A stretch of DNA of 64,000 bases from Epiperipatus broadwayi (taxonomy: Eukaryota > Animalia > Onychophora), in the NCBI GenBank assembly GCA_028023455.1, contig JAQFVV010000010.1:15748001-15812000 (forward strand), written 5' to 3'. Under the pieces are notes generated by a model, which was not told the DNA's origin, ran no database searches, and saw only the letters and a program-made list of their open reading frames with translations. Positions 49,560 to 62,758 of this stretch are shown here, in pieces. The translations under genes were made by a program, and so were the position numbers. How positions within the stretch are numbered: position 1 is the first letter of the stretch; every line of letters starts with the position of its first letter.

Positions 49560-52380
49560 TCCATTTTTTCAGTGAGGTTTGGAAGCAGTAATGATAATTT
49601 AATGGGCAATTTCCTGCCTATTAGTAAATTCCACTGGTAACTTCCCCATAGCTGTCAATGGCATTGAGGGTTGGTGTAGCATTGCGTCATTGATAGTACT
49701 CTGAAGGTCTTGGTTATCTAGTTTTCTTAAGGCTTTCTTTATATTCTGTACTGCCTTTTTGGCCATTCTATTTGACTCCGGATGGTAAGCTGGTGTCCAT
49801 ATATGTTTGATACCATTCTTCTGGAAATATCCTTCAGTTTCTTTAGCTGTAAATGCCATTCCATTGTCAGACACAAACAGTCCATGGCAGGCAAATTCTG
49901 AACTTAGTATCTTAACGGTTTCATTGGCACTAATATTTTCACTATTCTACACTGTCCACTTTGAATATGCATCGATAATCACCAATAATATCTTCCCATT
50001 TATTGGGCCAGCATGGTCTATGTGAAGTCTTTGCCAAGCTGTTGTTCCCTTTGGCCATGAGTTGCAATCTTTGGTTGGCATATTCATCTGTCTCTGACAT
50101 AGTACACATTTTTTAATATTTTGCTCGATGTCTCTTGACATTTTTGGTCACCATATGGAGCTATGAGCCAGTGATTTTGCCGATACCACCCCTGGGTGCC
50201 CTTCATGCAATAAACTTAAAACTTGTTATCTGCCCTCCATAGGAATCACAACCTGATCACCCATTAACACACAGCCTTTACACATGGATAATTTATTTCC
50301 ATTTGTCCAAAAACTCAGATCAAACGTATTCAGGCCTTGAATCTGGCCATCCATTTTTAATCCATTGCTTCAATCTCTGGCAGCCCTGATCGGCATTTGT
50401 CCAATTTGCTACCCTTTTACTATTTCAATACATCTGTGTTTAGACATCTATATAATTTATTTCAACCTCTGTAATACTTTTCTCTTGTTTATCTGGCATT
50501 CATGACAGTGAGTCTGCATGTACTATTTCTTTGCCTTTTTGATATTGGAGTATATAGTCATATCCTGCCAAAATATTTCTCCAGCGCATCATGCGTGGGC
50601 TTAATGTTTGGGTGCCAGTCTATCATGGCCCAGAATTCCAAGTAATGGTTTGTGATCTGTAATTATAAAGTTTCTGCCAAACAGGAATTGATGAAATTTT
50701 TTAAGACCAAAAATAATAGCCAATGCCTCTTTGTCTATGCATGTGCAATGGAATGCTCCTCTTTGTAGCATGGATGAGATAGTACTGATCTTACTCCCCA
50801 TTCGGATGCATCTGTGGTTAAGCATACTTCTAAAGTGCTATTATAATGCTAGTTTATCTGATGATAGTAAGACTTTTGTTTGCAAGAAGGCTTCTTGATG
50901 GACTTTTTCTCATTTTCACTTTTCTTCTTTAATAAATAATATAAGGTTTTGCAATCTGAGCCTTGTTCTTCAAGAAAGGCTCGAAAAAAAAAAACATCAA
51001 TCGCAAAAAATGCCTGCAGCTGTTTGACATTGTTTGATGGAGAGGCATTCATCACTGCTGTTACTTTCTGCAGTGATGGTTTCTTCCCTCTGTCTGAAAT
51101 CAAGTGACTAAAAATGTTAATTGTTTTTTCATCCATATGGTCTTTTGTGTGTTGTTTTATGCCTAATTTTTGAAATTTTGCGCAAACAGTGAGGAGCCTT
51201 TCTCATAACTTGTCTTCAGAATTTGCCATGACGAGTAAATCATCGAAGAATGGAATGACTCCCTCTAAACTTTGTAACATAGCATTGATCTTGGCTTGAA
51301 AAAATTCAGCACTATAGAAATGCCAAATGGTACTCTGTTGCATTTATATAAACACGTGTAGGTCGTAAGCGCTAATTTTTCCGCTGATTTATGTTACATG
51401 AATCTGATGGAATACAGAGTTTGGATCTAACTTGGCATAATATAAAGCATTTTGTAGACCCACCAGTATTTCCCTTACATTTGGGATAGGGTACGCTCCC
51501 CTATTTAAATATTTATTGTAACCCGGTAATCCCCACACAACCTAACTTCCCAGTTCAGTTCAGTTATTACCACTAATGGTGTAGCCCAATCAGAGGTTTT
51601 GATGGGTGTTAATTTTTTGATTAAAGATTTTAGCTTATTTTCAACCTTTACTCTTTGTGCAAATGGCACTTTTCTTGGTTTGCAAACTACTGGATGTGCA
51701 TTTTCTAGTAATTCTATTTCGACTGGTTTTGTATCCACCAACCCTAATTCTTCGTTAAAAAGCTCTGGGTATTTTCTAGTTATTTCCTGTTCTACAGAAA
51801 TTCCTTTATAATATTAATTTCTATTCCTAATTCATGGGACCAATCTCTCCAATAATGGGGTTAATTTTTTGCCTTTATGATATATAACCATAGATTTTGT
51901 TTTTTACCATTATACTTGATCAGCGCTGTAACCTGGCCGCAAATTTTAAGCACGTGGCCATTTACATCTTTTGCTCTAATACTTGTTTTTTCTATGAACT
52001 CTTCAAATTAGTTGCTGACAAGCTCTCCCAATCTGTAAGAGACATTATAGAAATGGCTGATCCATTGTGTATTTCTAGTTCCTTTTCCTGAATTTTTACT
52101 TTAATCATAAACTGAATTATCTCTTTCACGTGTAGATTTTTAATCATGTTTTTTTTTATTAATTTCCCTCCCTTACTTTCTGACATGGAGGTTTGCATTA
52201 TACCCTCCTTTTTACACATTAGCGCCAAATGCCCCTTTTTACTGCGTTTGAAACGTGAGTCTTTGTTCCATTTGCACTTTTTTGTATACGTACAAAACTC
52301 AAATTCTAGAAGTTTTTTCTCTCTCAACTTTCTCTTTTTTTTAAGTTGGAATGATCATACTCATCCCTTTCAATGATTAT
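49560..52380 (-). mobile_element. Ty3/gypsy LTR retrotransposon internal region (gag knuckle, protease, RT, RNase H, integrase), decayed
   Basis: GHLALMC, NGSAISIM, SDWATPLV..VRLCGDYRVTIN, DKEALAIIFGLKKFHQFL..TDHKPL, CVLCQ..WQRLHIDHAGP, SDNG..TPAYHPESN. LTRs were not identified. Confidence 0.9.
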
Positions 52381-52956
52381 TATTTAATTGGCCAAATGAG
52401 TTAAAAATCAAAACTTTTAATTGGCCAACTCACAACTTTAACAAACTCTATTGTTAAAATAGATTCACTTTTAATAATATAAATACGTTAGTTTCATTTG
52501 TAAAAAGTATATTACTAAATTGTCAGATTACGAAAGTAAACGAAAGTCTTTTCAAAAATAAAATTTGATTTATAATTTAAAAAATATTCAATTGCGGTGA
52601 AATAAAAGTAACCGCTATTCAACCAACCAAAAAAGATTGCGTCAGCAATCTTTTTTTTTTCACTTTAACGTTATGATAAATATGTAGCAATAAATAAATA
52701 ATTCTTGGTAATATCTTAACTATTTTTCTAAAATAATTTGATTTTTAGTATTATTTTATCAATAATAATTTGTAATTCAATTCAAATATTGTTTAAAATG
52801 TTGTAAACATTCATTTATCATTTTCATAATAAAAATCAAAACGAACGTAACTTTTTACTTTTTGGCAGCCATTTCCCTTTTTGACAGAAGTTGGACAGCC
52901 AATAAGATTCAAGAAAAGGTGGTGAGGAGGCAGTGCTTTGGTTTTGTTTGACATAT

Positions 52957-55900
52957 CATCATCATCATCATCAACCATTATCAATCCACTGCAGGATGAA
53001 GGTCTCTCCAAGTTTAATCCATCTTCTCCGATTTTTAGCTTCTCTTCTCCACAACACCCCTGCACATTTTCTTATTTCATCCATCCATCTCACATGTGGT
53101 CTCTTTCTGGGTCTTTTACAATCTCTTGGAATCCAGTTGAAAATTTCAATTGTCCATCTATTATCATCTCTTCTAGCAATATGTCCAGCCCAACTCCATT
53201 TCAATCTTTTAATTTTTTCAATAAGATCAGTAACACCTGTTTGTTGTCTTACCCATACATTGTGTTTTCAATCTCTTCTTGTTACTCCCAACATACACCT
53301 CTCCATACTCCTTTGAGTGGTCTGAAGTCTCTGTATTGCTCTTCTATTAAGTGTCCAAGTCTCAGATCCATAAGTAAGAACTGGTAAAACACATTTGTTA
53401 AAAACCATCCTTTTCAAACACATAGGCATATTTCCTTTTAGTATCAAGTTATTTCTACCAAAAGCACTCCAACCAAGTTTAATTCTATGATTAATTTCCT
53501 CCATTATGTTTCCATCTGTATTAATAATCTGACCAAGATATTTGTAACTGTTAACTTCTTCTAATTCTTCATAATCAATCTTTATTTTCATATTTTGAGC
53601 AAATCGATTAAACATTACTTTAGTCTTTTTAACATTTATCTTTAGTCCTACTTTTTTACTTTCATCTGCTAACTCCTGCAACATTTCCTGCAGCTCTGAA
53701 GCATTATTTGCAAAAACAACTACATCATCTGCGAAATCTAAATGACTTAAATACTCTCCATTTACTTTCACTCCTTTAGTTTCCCATTTTAATCCACAAA
53801 ATACTTCTTGCAGCACTGCTGTAAAGAGTTTTGGAGATATGGAGTCACCTTGTCTTACACCTTTCTCAATGTTGATTTTTCCAGTATCATTATGTAATCT
53901 AATTGTTGCTGTTGCATTTTTATAAATATTCTTTAAAATATGACAATATCCTGGATCTATACCTTGATGATCCAATGCTTTAATCACTGAAGAAATGTGT
54001 ATAGAATCAAATGCCTTTTCATAATCTACAAATCCAAAACATAGACAACTCATATTCGTTTGTCCTTTCTATAACTTCTCTCAATACCTGGATATGATCT
54101 ATTGTCCTAAAACCACTTTTAAATCCAGCATGTTCTCTTGGTTGGTGGAAATCCAAAGTTCTCTGTAGACGAGTTGTAATTATCTTGGTAAAAATTTTAT
54201 ATAAAACTGATGAAAGGCTGATAGGTCTGTAATTTCTAATATCTTCTTTATCACCTTTTTTAAATATTAATATTATTACTGCATTCTTCCAATCATCCGG
54301 TACATCTTTATCATTTAGACATTTGGTATATAACTTTGCTAAAATTGTTTCTATTTCTTCACCTGCTTCTTTTAATATATCAATTATAATTCCATCATTT
54401 CCTGGAACCTTTCCTTTCTTCATACACTTAATTGCATGTCTCACTTCTTCATTTAAAATTCTGGGCAATTCCAAAGATGTAATAGATATAGGAGGTACTT
54501 GTTCTTTATTACTATATAATTCTTGATAAAAATCTTCTACCAATTTCATGATGTCATCTCTCTTTTTAGTAATAATTCCATCTTTTTTTCTTATTGCAGA
54601 TATAAATTTCCTACCAATACCAAAATGTTGTTTAACATTTTTGAGAGTTTTATTTTCTTCTACAGCTTTCCTTGCTATTTCACAGTTATACTTTCTTATA
54701 TCATTTTCAACTCTTTTCCGTACCATTTTACAAAATTCGAGATATTCAATTCTTTTTAATACATCATTTTTGTATATCTTCATATTCCTTCTTTTCTTGA
54801 TAAATTCTCTAGTCTCAGTAGAAATTTTATTAGTCAATTGCTGCTTTTTTCTACCAGCTACGTTTGTTGCAGTTTTTAAAAGTGTATCAGTTATTTTCAT
54901 ATTAATTTCATTCAAATCTGTGTCATGTTCAAAATCTCCTAACACTTGAAACCTATTTGTAAGTTCTAATTTAAATTCATTAGAATGTTTCTGAAGATTA
55001 GGAATATCAACTGTAAATATTGTTTTTCTTAATAATTTTTGTCTCTCTAGTTTTACATTGACACGTAACTTACACCTTACTAATCGATGATCACTTCCTG
55101 TGTTAAATTTAGTAAGAACATTAAATATGTATTTTCTGTTAGTCAAAATATAATCCAATTCTGCTGTACCTTCATTTGGATGCTTCCATGTCCATTTCCT
55201 TTTAACATTTTTCTCAAAAAATGAATTCATAATATAAAGTTTTTCTTTTTCTGCAAACTCCACAAGTCTATGTCCTCTCTCATTTCTATTACCATAACCA
55301 AAATTACCTACAGCAATTTCATCTTTCATTTGTCTACCAATTCTAGCATTAAAGTCTCCCATAACAATTTTAAAATGTTGTTTACTCTGATCAAAAGCCT
55401 TTTGTACATCCATATAAAAATCTTCTACTACTTCATCACTATGAGAACTTGTTGGGAAATAAACCTGAATTATCTGCATTTGGTATCTGCTATTAAGTTC
55501 TATAACTAATCTTGGCACTCTGTCCGATACACCATCAATCTCCACAATATTGTTCTTCCACTTTTTATTTATAATGAATCCTACTCCACTTGTATTTCCA
55601 ATATGTGTGCCTTTATAATAGAGTATGTATTTTTTAAATCAATTGTTTCTTCTCCTTTTCTTCTAACTTCACAAAGTCCAATAATGTCCCATTTAATATA
55701 AGACAGTTCTTCTAATTCTTGCAATCTTCCTTCACTTGAAAGTGATCTGCAGTTGTAAGTACCTAAATAAAAAGTCGTCATCAAATGGCAGCCTGGGTCC
55801 GCAATCAGGGGATTCTTAGCACCCTCTGCCTTCGGCCACCAACCGCTGCCTTGGTTGGTGACTTTACAGCCTCCTGGGAATAAGGGTCATGCTTTATTTT

Positions 55901-56236
55901 TGTCTGTCATAATTGTATATATGTATTGGAAAAATATTTATCATTTACACAAACATTCATTCTGCCTTATCAGGCACTGAGAAGAAAGACCATGGTGTTT
56001 CTTGATCTTAAACTCAGAGGTAAAAAGCCAATAAACTCACCACGCTGGTTAATGCGTGTTGGTGAGCAGCCCATCCATGTTCGTATACTATATGAATAAT
56101 CACATAGTAATAACAGCTGCAACGACAAGAACGTATGGAGTGGACATTAGGAATTTGCCCCGCTCGGTTCCTTTAAGGCCTCCAAGAGGAATCAAAGGGT
56201 CTCCTTTCAGTTAATAGCAAACTCCTTTCTGCAGCC
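52957..56236 (-). mobile_element. Full-length RTE LINE (3280 bp), ORF broken by two frameshifts and one stop
   Basis: Exact 11-bp TSD GTTTGACATAT at 52946-52956 and 56237-56247. (GAT)n tail. APE (GTYNCRSL, MGDFNA, SDH) and RT (VDYEKAFD, VRQGDSISP, FADD). Confidence 0.95.
56071..56236 (-). ncRNA. HDV-like self-cleaving ribozyme at the 5' end of the RTE
   Basis: P1 GGCUGCA (56236-56230) / UGCAGCU (56121-56115) with a G1.U wobble. P3 ACG/CGU, L3 UUCUUGU, 10-bp P4. J4/2 UACGAAC with the catalytic C at 56083. P2 UCCAU/AUGGA. Confidence 0.85.
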
Positions 56237-56302
56237 GTTTGACATATATGGTCATTTTTATTGATTTTTTACTTGTAAAATAATTCTGAAGAGGGCACCA
56301 TC

Positions 56303-56398
56303 TTACAGAACTTTTGATTTTCTTTCGAATGACGTATAATATGTATACGTTACAGAACTTTTGATTTTCTTTCGAATGATGTACAATATGTATACGTG
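56303..56398. repeat. 47-bp tandem duplication
   Basis: TTACAGAACTTTTGATTTTCTTTCGAATGA.GTA.AATATGTATACG occurs twice. Confidence 0.85.
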
Positions 56399-59300
56399 GA
56401 ATAAAAAGTAGCCGATTTAGAGTGACGTCAAATCTACTCGTTTTTTTATGAGTCAGGCAGTTGAAAGATTTTAATAGCCATTTATTATTACTTATAAATA
56501 GATATAACAAATGTTACGACATTACTTTAGTTGTATCCCAATTATTTATTAATTAGAAAAACTGATTTTTGTCTGATATATATATACAACAAATAACGAT
56601 CCCAGTCTTGGGCGTAGAATGTGTGCATATACATTTCAAATTGATACGTGCTGATCTATTTAATTTTTGATGTAAAATAAAAACATATCTGGATTAAGGT
56701 ATCAATAATTTTACAGATCTTAAAAATAATTACTAATGATTAATATAAAATGGTGTTATAATGATATTACCTATATAGATAATTTCTATTGACATGATGC
56801 TTGTAATTTGAATAGATAATTTGTACATATGTTGAAACGGAAATCTCCAATCCCTTTCCGTTTCACCATCAACCTAATGACCTACTCGTCTGAACTAGTT
56901 TCAAACCTATCTTAAATGTAAAAATGTCATATGTAAAAATGTTATATATAAGTCGAGCGGGAAAACTTTGCTATAATGGCCGCTTAAATTGCATCATCCA
57001 TTTACTTACGAAAACACGCTATAATTAGACAGGTTTGATAAAATTATAGCGGAGAAATGCTCATAAATTATTATAAAATGTTTTATAAATTTTCAGTCAA
57101 TTTTTAATTATATTCGCTATTATATTCGTATGTGGATGGATAATTTAAACCTTGGAATAACGGCAAAATGATTCATATATATTTAAGTTTAAATAAAAGT
57201 AATGTAAATGTTTTTTTTAATTTATTTAACGGTTTTCTGATTTAATGTTTTACATATATAGTTGAAACAAGTATTTTCTTTAAATTTGCCTTTTTTTTTT
57301 TAAATAAACAAATAATATTGTAAGAACAAATATGTTAAAAGTTATTTATTTCAGTAAAATAAAAATCATCCGTTTGTAATTAAAAATGAGAATTGGTGTA
57401 AACAAGATATCAATTAGTGACACACCCGGGTAAAAAAGTAAAATCTGTTTTCTGATTGATTTTTGTTTGCAACAAAAGACTTTTCATTAAATCAGAATAC
57501 CATTCCTTCTGCTAAGTAATAACACCTGAAAAGGAATTTAATTAATGAAAATGAATCAAATTATATAGTTTATATATTTTGATACATTTTTTAAGGAAAT
57601 TAAATATAACACCTCGGAGATTTTATCAGTTGTTGTAGAAATTGAATTATATTATTTTGCTTTAATTAAAAGTCAATTGGTCCCGAGGTTTACGAAATTC
57701 CAGAAAGGTGTTAAAGTTTAGTAGAAGGATATAAATAGGCCTTATTTTAAGCGGGAAGGAGAATCCATCTTACTTTTGAAGAGAGTCAACAGGAGAAGCT
57801 TTATATTTGTTCAACCTTAACATGTCTGGCTAAAGTCAGGCAAAATTTTGCTGCTTTCCCGTGATGGAACGTCTAGTTCAATCCATCAAATGCCAAAGGA
57901 ACAACCAAGCTTACACCAACTAAATTTGAAGATGCCATAAGCCGTAAAAATAATTTGCCTTCGTTCCGATTTCAGTCCAGCTAAACAAACAATATTTTAA
58001 AAATCGTCTCCCAACTAAATTAAAGATGCCATAAACCGCCCAAGAATTCACCTTCATTCCAGTTCGAATATCTCCAGCCCATCTACAGGAGAACTGTTTT
58101 AATATTTAAAATCGCAGAGCTCTGTAAATTTCAAAAACAGTCATTGTTTCTTCAAAACAGGTTAGCTAACCATATCATTGAACTTTCTCACTAAATTGTT
58201 TCTGAAATAATATTTAAATGAAATACTTTTTGCTAATTTTTCCTTAATTCAATAGTGTAAACTATCTAAATTGTTTCCTAAAATAATATTTTAATTCTAG
58301 AAAATGTAATACTTTTGCAAATTTTTCTTTATTAATTAATATTTTGCTATATAATTTAATCACTGCAATTATATTTTGCTTTTCTTTTGCTTATTTTATT
58401 TATTATTAGTTATGCCTATGTTTCGAAACGGCGTGCATTTAATTATAGAATATGTTTTTAAACATATAAATTTAAATTATTTATATAGCGTCATTTCGTG
58501 CGCTGTTTCGAAACCCAAATTCATATTTTTTCACTTAATAAATTAATTAATATAAATATAAAATGTGGCTTTTCAACCTTTATTTATTATGTTACTAAAG
58601 ATTAAACTAGCCTGGAGTGTAATTATAAGTATATTTTTTAGTTAAGTATTCGTAAGTCCCTTATTAAATATACTTTTCCACCTTTTAAGAGTTTATTAGT
58701 TATAGATAACTAAAGAGATTGAACGGGATAAAGTAAAGTTTGTATATACATTCCTGTCAGTAGCATATCGTATTTCTCATGCTACAGAAGAGTTGGCTCT
58801 TTTGATCAAGCTGATAAACTTGTGTTCATTTAATATGTGATATTTCATTTATAATATCCTTCGGCTTGGCGGATGTGGAATTTATTTATTTATATCTTCT
58901 CGTTATGCTGTTTTTTTTATACATATATAAGATGGAGCCACGGTAAGTCCAGCCCATCTTCTCTTATGGGTAGTGCAGTAGCGAAGTCTGAGCTACGGGC
59001 CAGATTAGCACGTAAGTCCCCCGCCTCTGAACCAAATAAAGGTTCCCCATTAGCAGCATGACGACCGGTTATTGGGTAAACCATTGTTTGTCACAAAAAC
59101 CCTAAAACTATTCTTCCATCCGCAGAGCCACTTTATTATTATGTTTTACTTGTGCCTAGCGTATTAGTAAAATCGTTATAGCCAACTCTCCCTCCCTAAT
59201 ATGCAGTCTTCGGCGTTGATCCGAAGCATTCTTGAAAACCCGTTCGATCTAAAGCTATCTGGGATGCTTTAAAAGCCCATAGTTAAAATAAATTTCTTAT

Positions 59301-59769
59301 AATTAAGATGTATTAAGTTTCACTCCAGACTTGGTTTGATTTTACGTAAAAGAGCCACACGAACTGATGATGAAAGGGCATAACTGGTAAAAGTTAATGT
59401 AGTGATTAGTTGTATAGCAGGATATTTGGCTCCATTGAATCATAGCCACAAACCTATTTGCCAACATCAATTATTGTTCAAATAGTCTAGAGAATGTTAC
59501 TTTATAAATAAAATGCCTGCGTGCATTTGCCAACAACAATTGTCAATAAATATATTTTAATTCATCATATATCAGTTTCTGTCTCATTATTAAATCAATC
59601 CAATTCACTAATTGCCCATAAGTATTCATTAGTAAAGCCCCTATTATTTAAATATGTTAGATTTTATCTGTAGAATGTCTAGTATTTACGTTGTTTATAT
59701 ATATGTTTAAGTCCATGAGTCTTATTGTTTTCTCTGATTTGCTAGTGGGCCGGATGAAGAATTAAATCT

Positions 59770-59900
59770 CGTGTGCTACCATTGTTATGTTATCCATTGG
59801 GTGTTAGATCTGGTGCTTGGAGAGTGGGTTCGAATCCAGGCTGGTCCCTGACCTAAATCTCGGGCTTGACTGGGTTTGAAGTACATTTTGTGAGTTCCAG
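59770..59900 (+). mobile_element. Possible second tRNA-derived SINE fragment
   Basis: Perfect B box GGTTCGAATCC at ~59828-59838; the A box is poor and there is no second copy in the window. Confidence 0.35.
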
Positions 59901-61309
59901 CTCGTGTTAGATGGATAAGCATGTTTTGACTGGCACAATGTGTATATGTCTTAAAATGTAGTTTGTTTTTCCAAATATGTATCTAATATTATTATATCAA
60001 GTTAATTACTAGAGAATACAAATTTGCACAAGTTATGATGTACTTTACAGAGGGTGCACTTTTTAGATTATAAAGAAATAAACTACTTCCAGAATAGACT
60101 TCTGCAAATTTGAATTACAAATACAAACGAAATAAAAAACCAATTTATTTATGTTAAAATATTATATAACAACCTAGTTATTGGCAATACTACATTATTA
60201 ATAGTAATTTTATTGAACTTTGTAAAGATATAGGAATGTAAAAAATGTGGATAATCTTTATACATTGACAAAATGTAAGTTTTTATTGAAGGTAAAAGAA
60301 AATTAGTAATTGTTCAATGTCTGAGAAGGAAAAACCTCAGTCTGTACCCAGATAGATACAGAATTTTTGGACAGGATTTTTTTATTAGTCTAAACTTATT
60401 AATGATTGTATTTGGATATAAGAATGTTAATGATCGTGTTTGGATATTGTTTCAGGTATTGGTCATATATGAACATCTCATGCATCAGAGGTCAAAGAAA
60501 ATGAAAGTGGGAAATTGACCTTTTTTGTGACATACCGTCATATTGGATTGGTTTATGTAAAAGATTGTCTATATTTTAAAAGAGATGACTGATAGAGCAT
60601 TAAGATTTAATATAATTAAAAATCAAATTATAGAGACTAGATTTAGAATTGATATTTCTTTTGTTTTGCTAAGGGTTAGTAATTAGGAAAATAAAAATAG
60701 TTGAGAGTTTTGGTAGTACTAAAATGTATGGGTCCCGAATAAAATTACCGATAAAGATGAAATCCTAAATCAGTATACATTGGATGGTTTTGTAAAGAAT
60801 ATTAATGAAATTGCACACAACCTTTCAATACACAAGAGTTTCATTTCTAAGCAGTAAAATACAATAAAAAAAACAACAATCATGTTAATGGAAATCATCT
60901 ATTTAGATAATATCATTTATATTAATCATTAGAAATTATTTGTAAGATCTATAAATTATTAATATTACCTTAATCCAGATATGTTTTTATTTTACGTTAA
61001 AGATTAAACAGATCAGCACATCATTTTGACGTGTATATCAACATGTGCTTTAGATTGTAGTCATTATATGTGTAATACTACAAAACATGAAATATAAAAG
61101 AATATGGCTTTTACAAAATACATACGTTTATATCTACACTAGCTTCTCTAACAAATAATTCGAACAGATGAAATAAGTTCCATTTTTACCCACTTTCCAA
61201 ATGAACAATGATGTTAGCAAAATATTTAATGTTTAAGTGGACAGACCATCACCTCTTAAAATGTTATGCTTGCATATATTATATATACAAAGGTAGTATT
61301 GTCAACAGA

Positions 61310-61406
61310 TTTTTTTTTCGTGTGTCAAAGTATCGGCCGGGAAGCGAACCCCTGGACAACTACTTGTAAGGCAGCCTTGCTAACCACTCGGCCACCAACG
61401 CTTGAC
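61310..61406 (-). mobile_element. tRNA-Gly(UCC)-derived SINE
   Basis: GCGTTGGTGGCCGAGTGGTTAGC...GGTTCGCTTCCCGGCCGA, A tail, TTGTCAAC on both flanks. Confidence 0.85.
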
Positions 61407-62165
61407 TTGTCAACTGTATTTTATGTCAACAGTATTTTATGTTATAAAATATGCAATAATTACAAGATCCATAAAAAAAGCAATATAAATGTTAAAATAA
61501 TGAGAATTATGATTTGTATGAATTCATAGACATTTACACGTTGTTTTTATTAAATGAACATATATATATTAAACTTTAAGTTTGTTTAAAGTTCTGGCCT
61601 TTAAAGAATTAACCAATGACCACTTAAAGATGGTGAATCTTGGAAACATTAAAAATGCGTTTAACATTTTTTGAATTTTCATATACCCGGTTTCATGAGC
61701 AGCCTTGTTTTAAACATTTTAAAAAGTCGTTGCTAATTTTTTCTATTTGTGCTACAAGATGCAAAATTAAAGAACTAATCTATAAGTATTCCTGTTGTTT
61801 TATTTGATCACAGGAATAGTATTTGCGTATTGGGGAAATTCTTTATACATATAATGTTAATATAAGCTGCACTTCGCACGTAAAGTAATTCGAAATTTTG
61901 TTTCATTCTATTTTTTCAATATTTTAAAAAGAAATCAGTCATTTGTTTGATTTAAATATAAAGTATTTTTTAATTCGATAAAGAGTTGCAGCAACACAAT
62001 TATTGAAATTGTTTATGAAATGAGTGAAAAGCAATCATTTAATCGTAAAGAAACTGGTTTTCTCTTTTTTTCAAAAGTGTACCGGATGAAATTTTTAGAG
62101 CAAAACCATATTTTTATTACAATCAAAATGAACTATCTCATGAAATATATTTAAAATGAATATAT

Positions 62166-62758
62166 ATGGAACCATCCCAAAGAAGTTTATGGCAAAAAAT
62201 GGTCGATATTAAATTTCATAAATCTGAATCGCAGGATTCATTAGATTCTTTCAACCCGTCTCAGCAAAAGTCGTATAAAAGTGCTTTCAGTTGGTTTTGT
62301 GCCGATGAAAGAATAAAAATGAATATTATTCTGCACTTTCTTTTACTGAAGTAAATGATGACTTGAGATTAAGCTGGGAAAAGTCTTCTCTGAGGATTAA
62401 AAATGAATACAGAAAGATCGCAAAGAAAGATAAATCAAGATGTGAGAGAGTACGAGTAGCCTCTCACTCAGATTTAATATCTCCTATAATGGAAGATAAA
62501 ACGGGTAATAAAGTAAATAATGATGTTTATATTTACGATTGCAGTACCCATAGACCTTTGGAGATAATATTTCCAAAAAATCCTTGCTCACAACCCCTTT
62601 CAAAAACTGCGTTAGTAGAACTTGATCCATCAGAAGATTACTTCTCTGAGAGTATTTCAGAATCAAGATTAATTACTGATTCTGATTTTAGTAAAGAAGA
62701 AAATACCAATGAAAGTAAAGTAGACGACGATGAAGATGCAGCTGAAAAGCAAGAGTAG
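62166..62758 (+). other. Unassigned coding-like segment with one apparent frameshift
   Basis: The ATG ORF 62166-62354 overlaps a second open frame running from ~62310 to 62758. Ser/Glu/Asp-rich, with no recognisable domain. Confidence 0.3.

Noticed and set aside
56870-56915. CTAATGACCTACTCGTCTGAACTAGTTTC resembling the family A hammerhead flank
   Set aside because: Too short and decayed; no CUGA core, stem II or TSD.
60720-60800. WVPNKIT as a mariner WVPHEL motif
   Set aside because: It is an isolated motif with no DD34D region or TIRs nearby.
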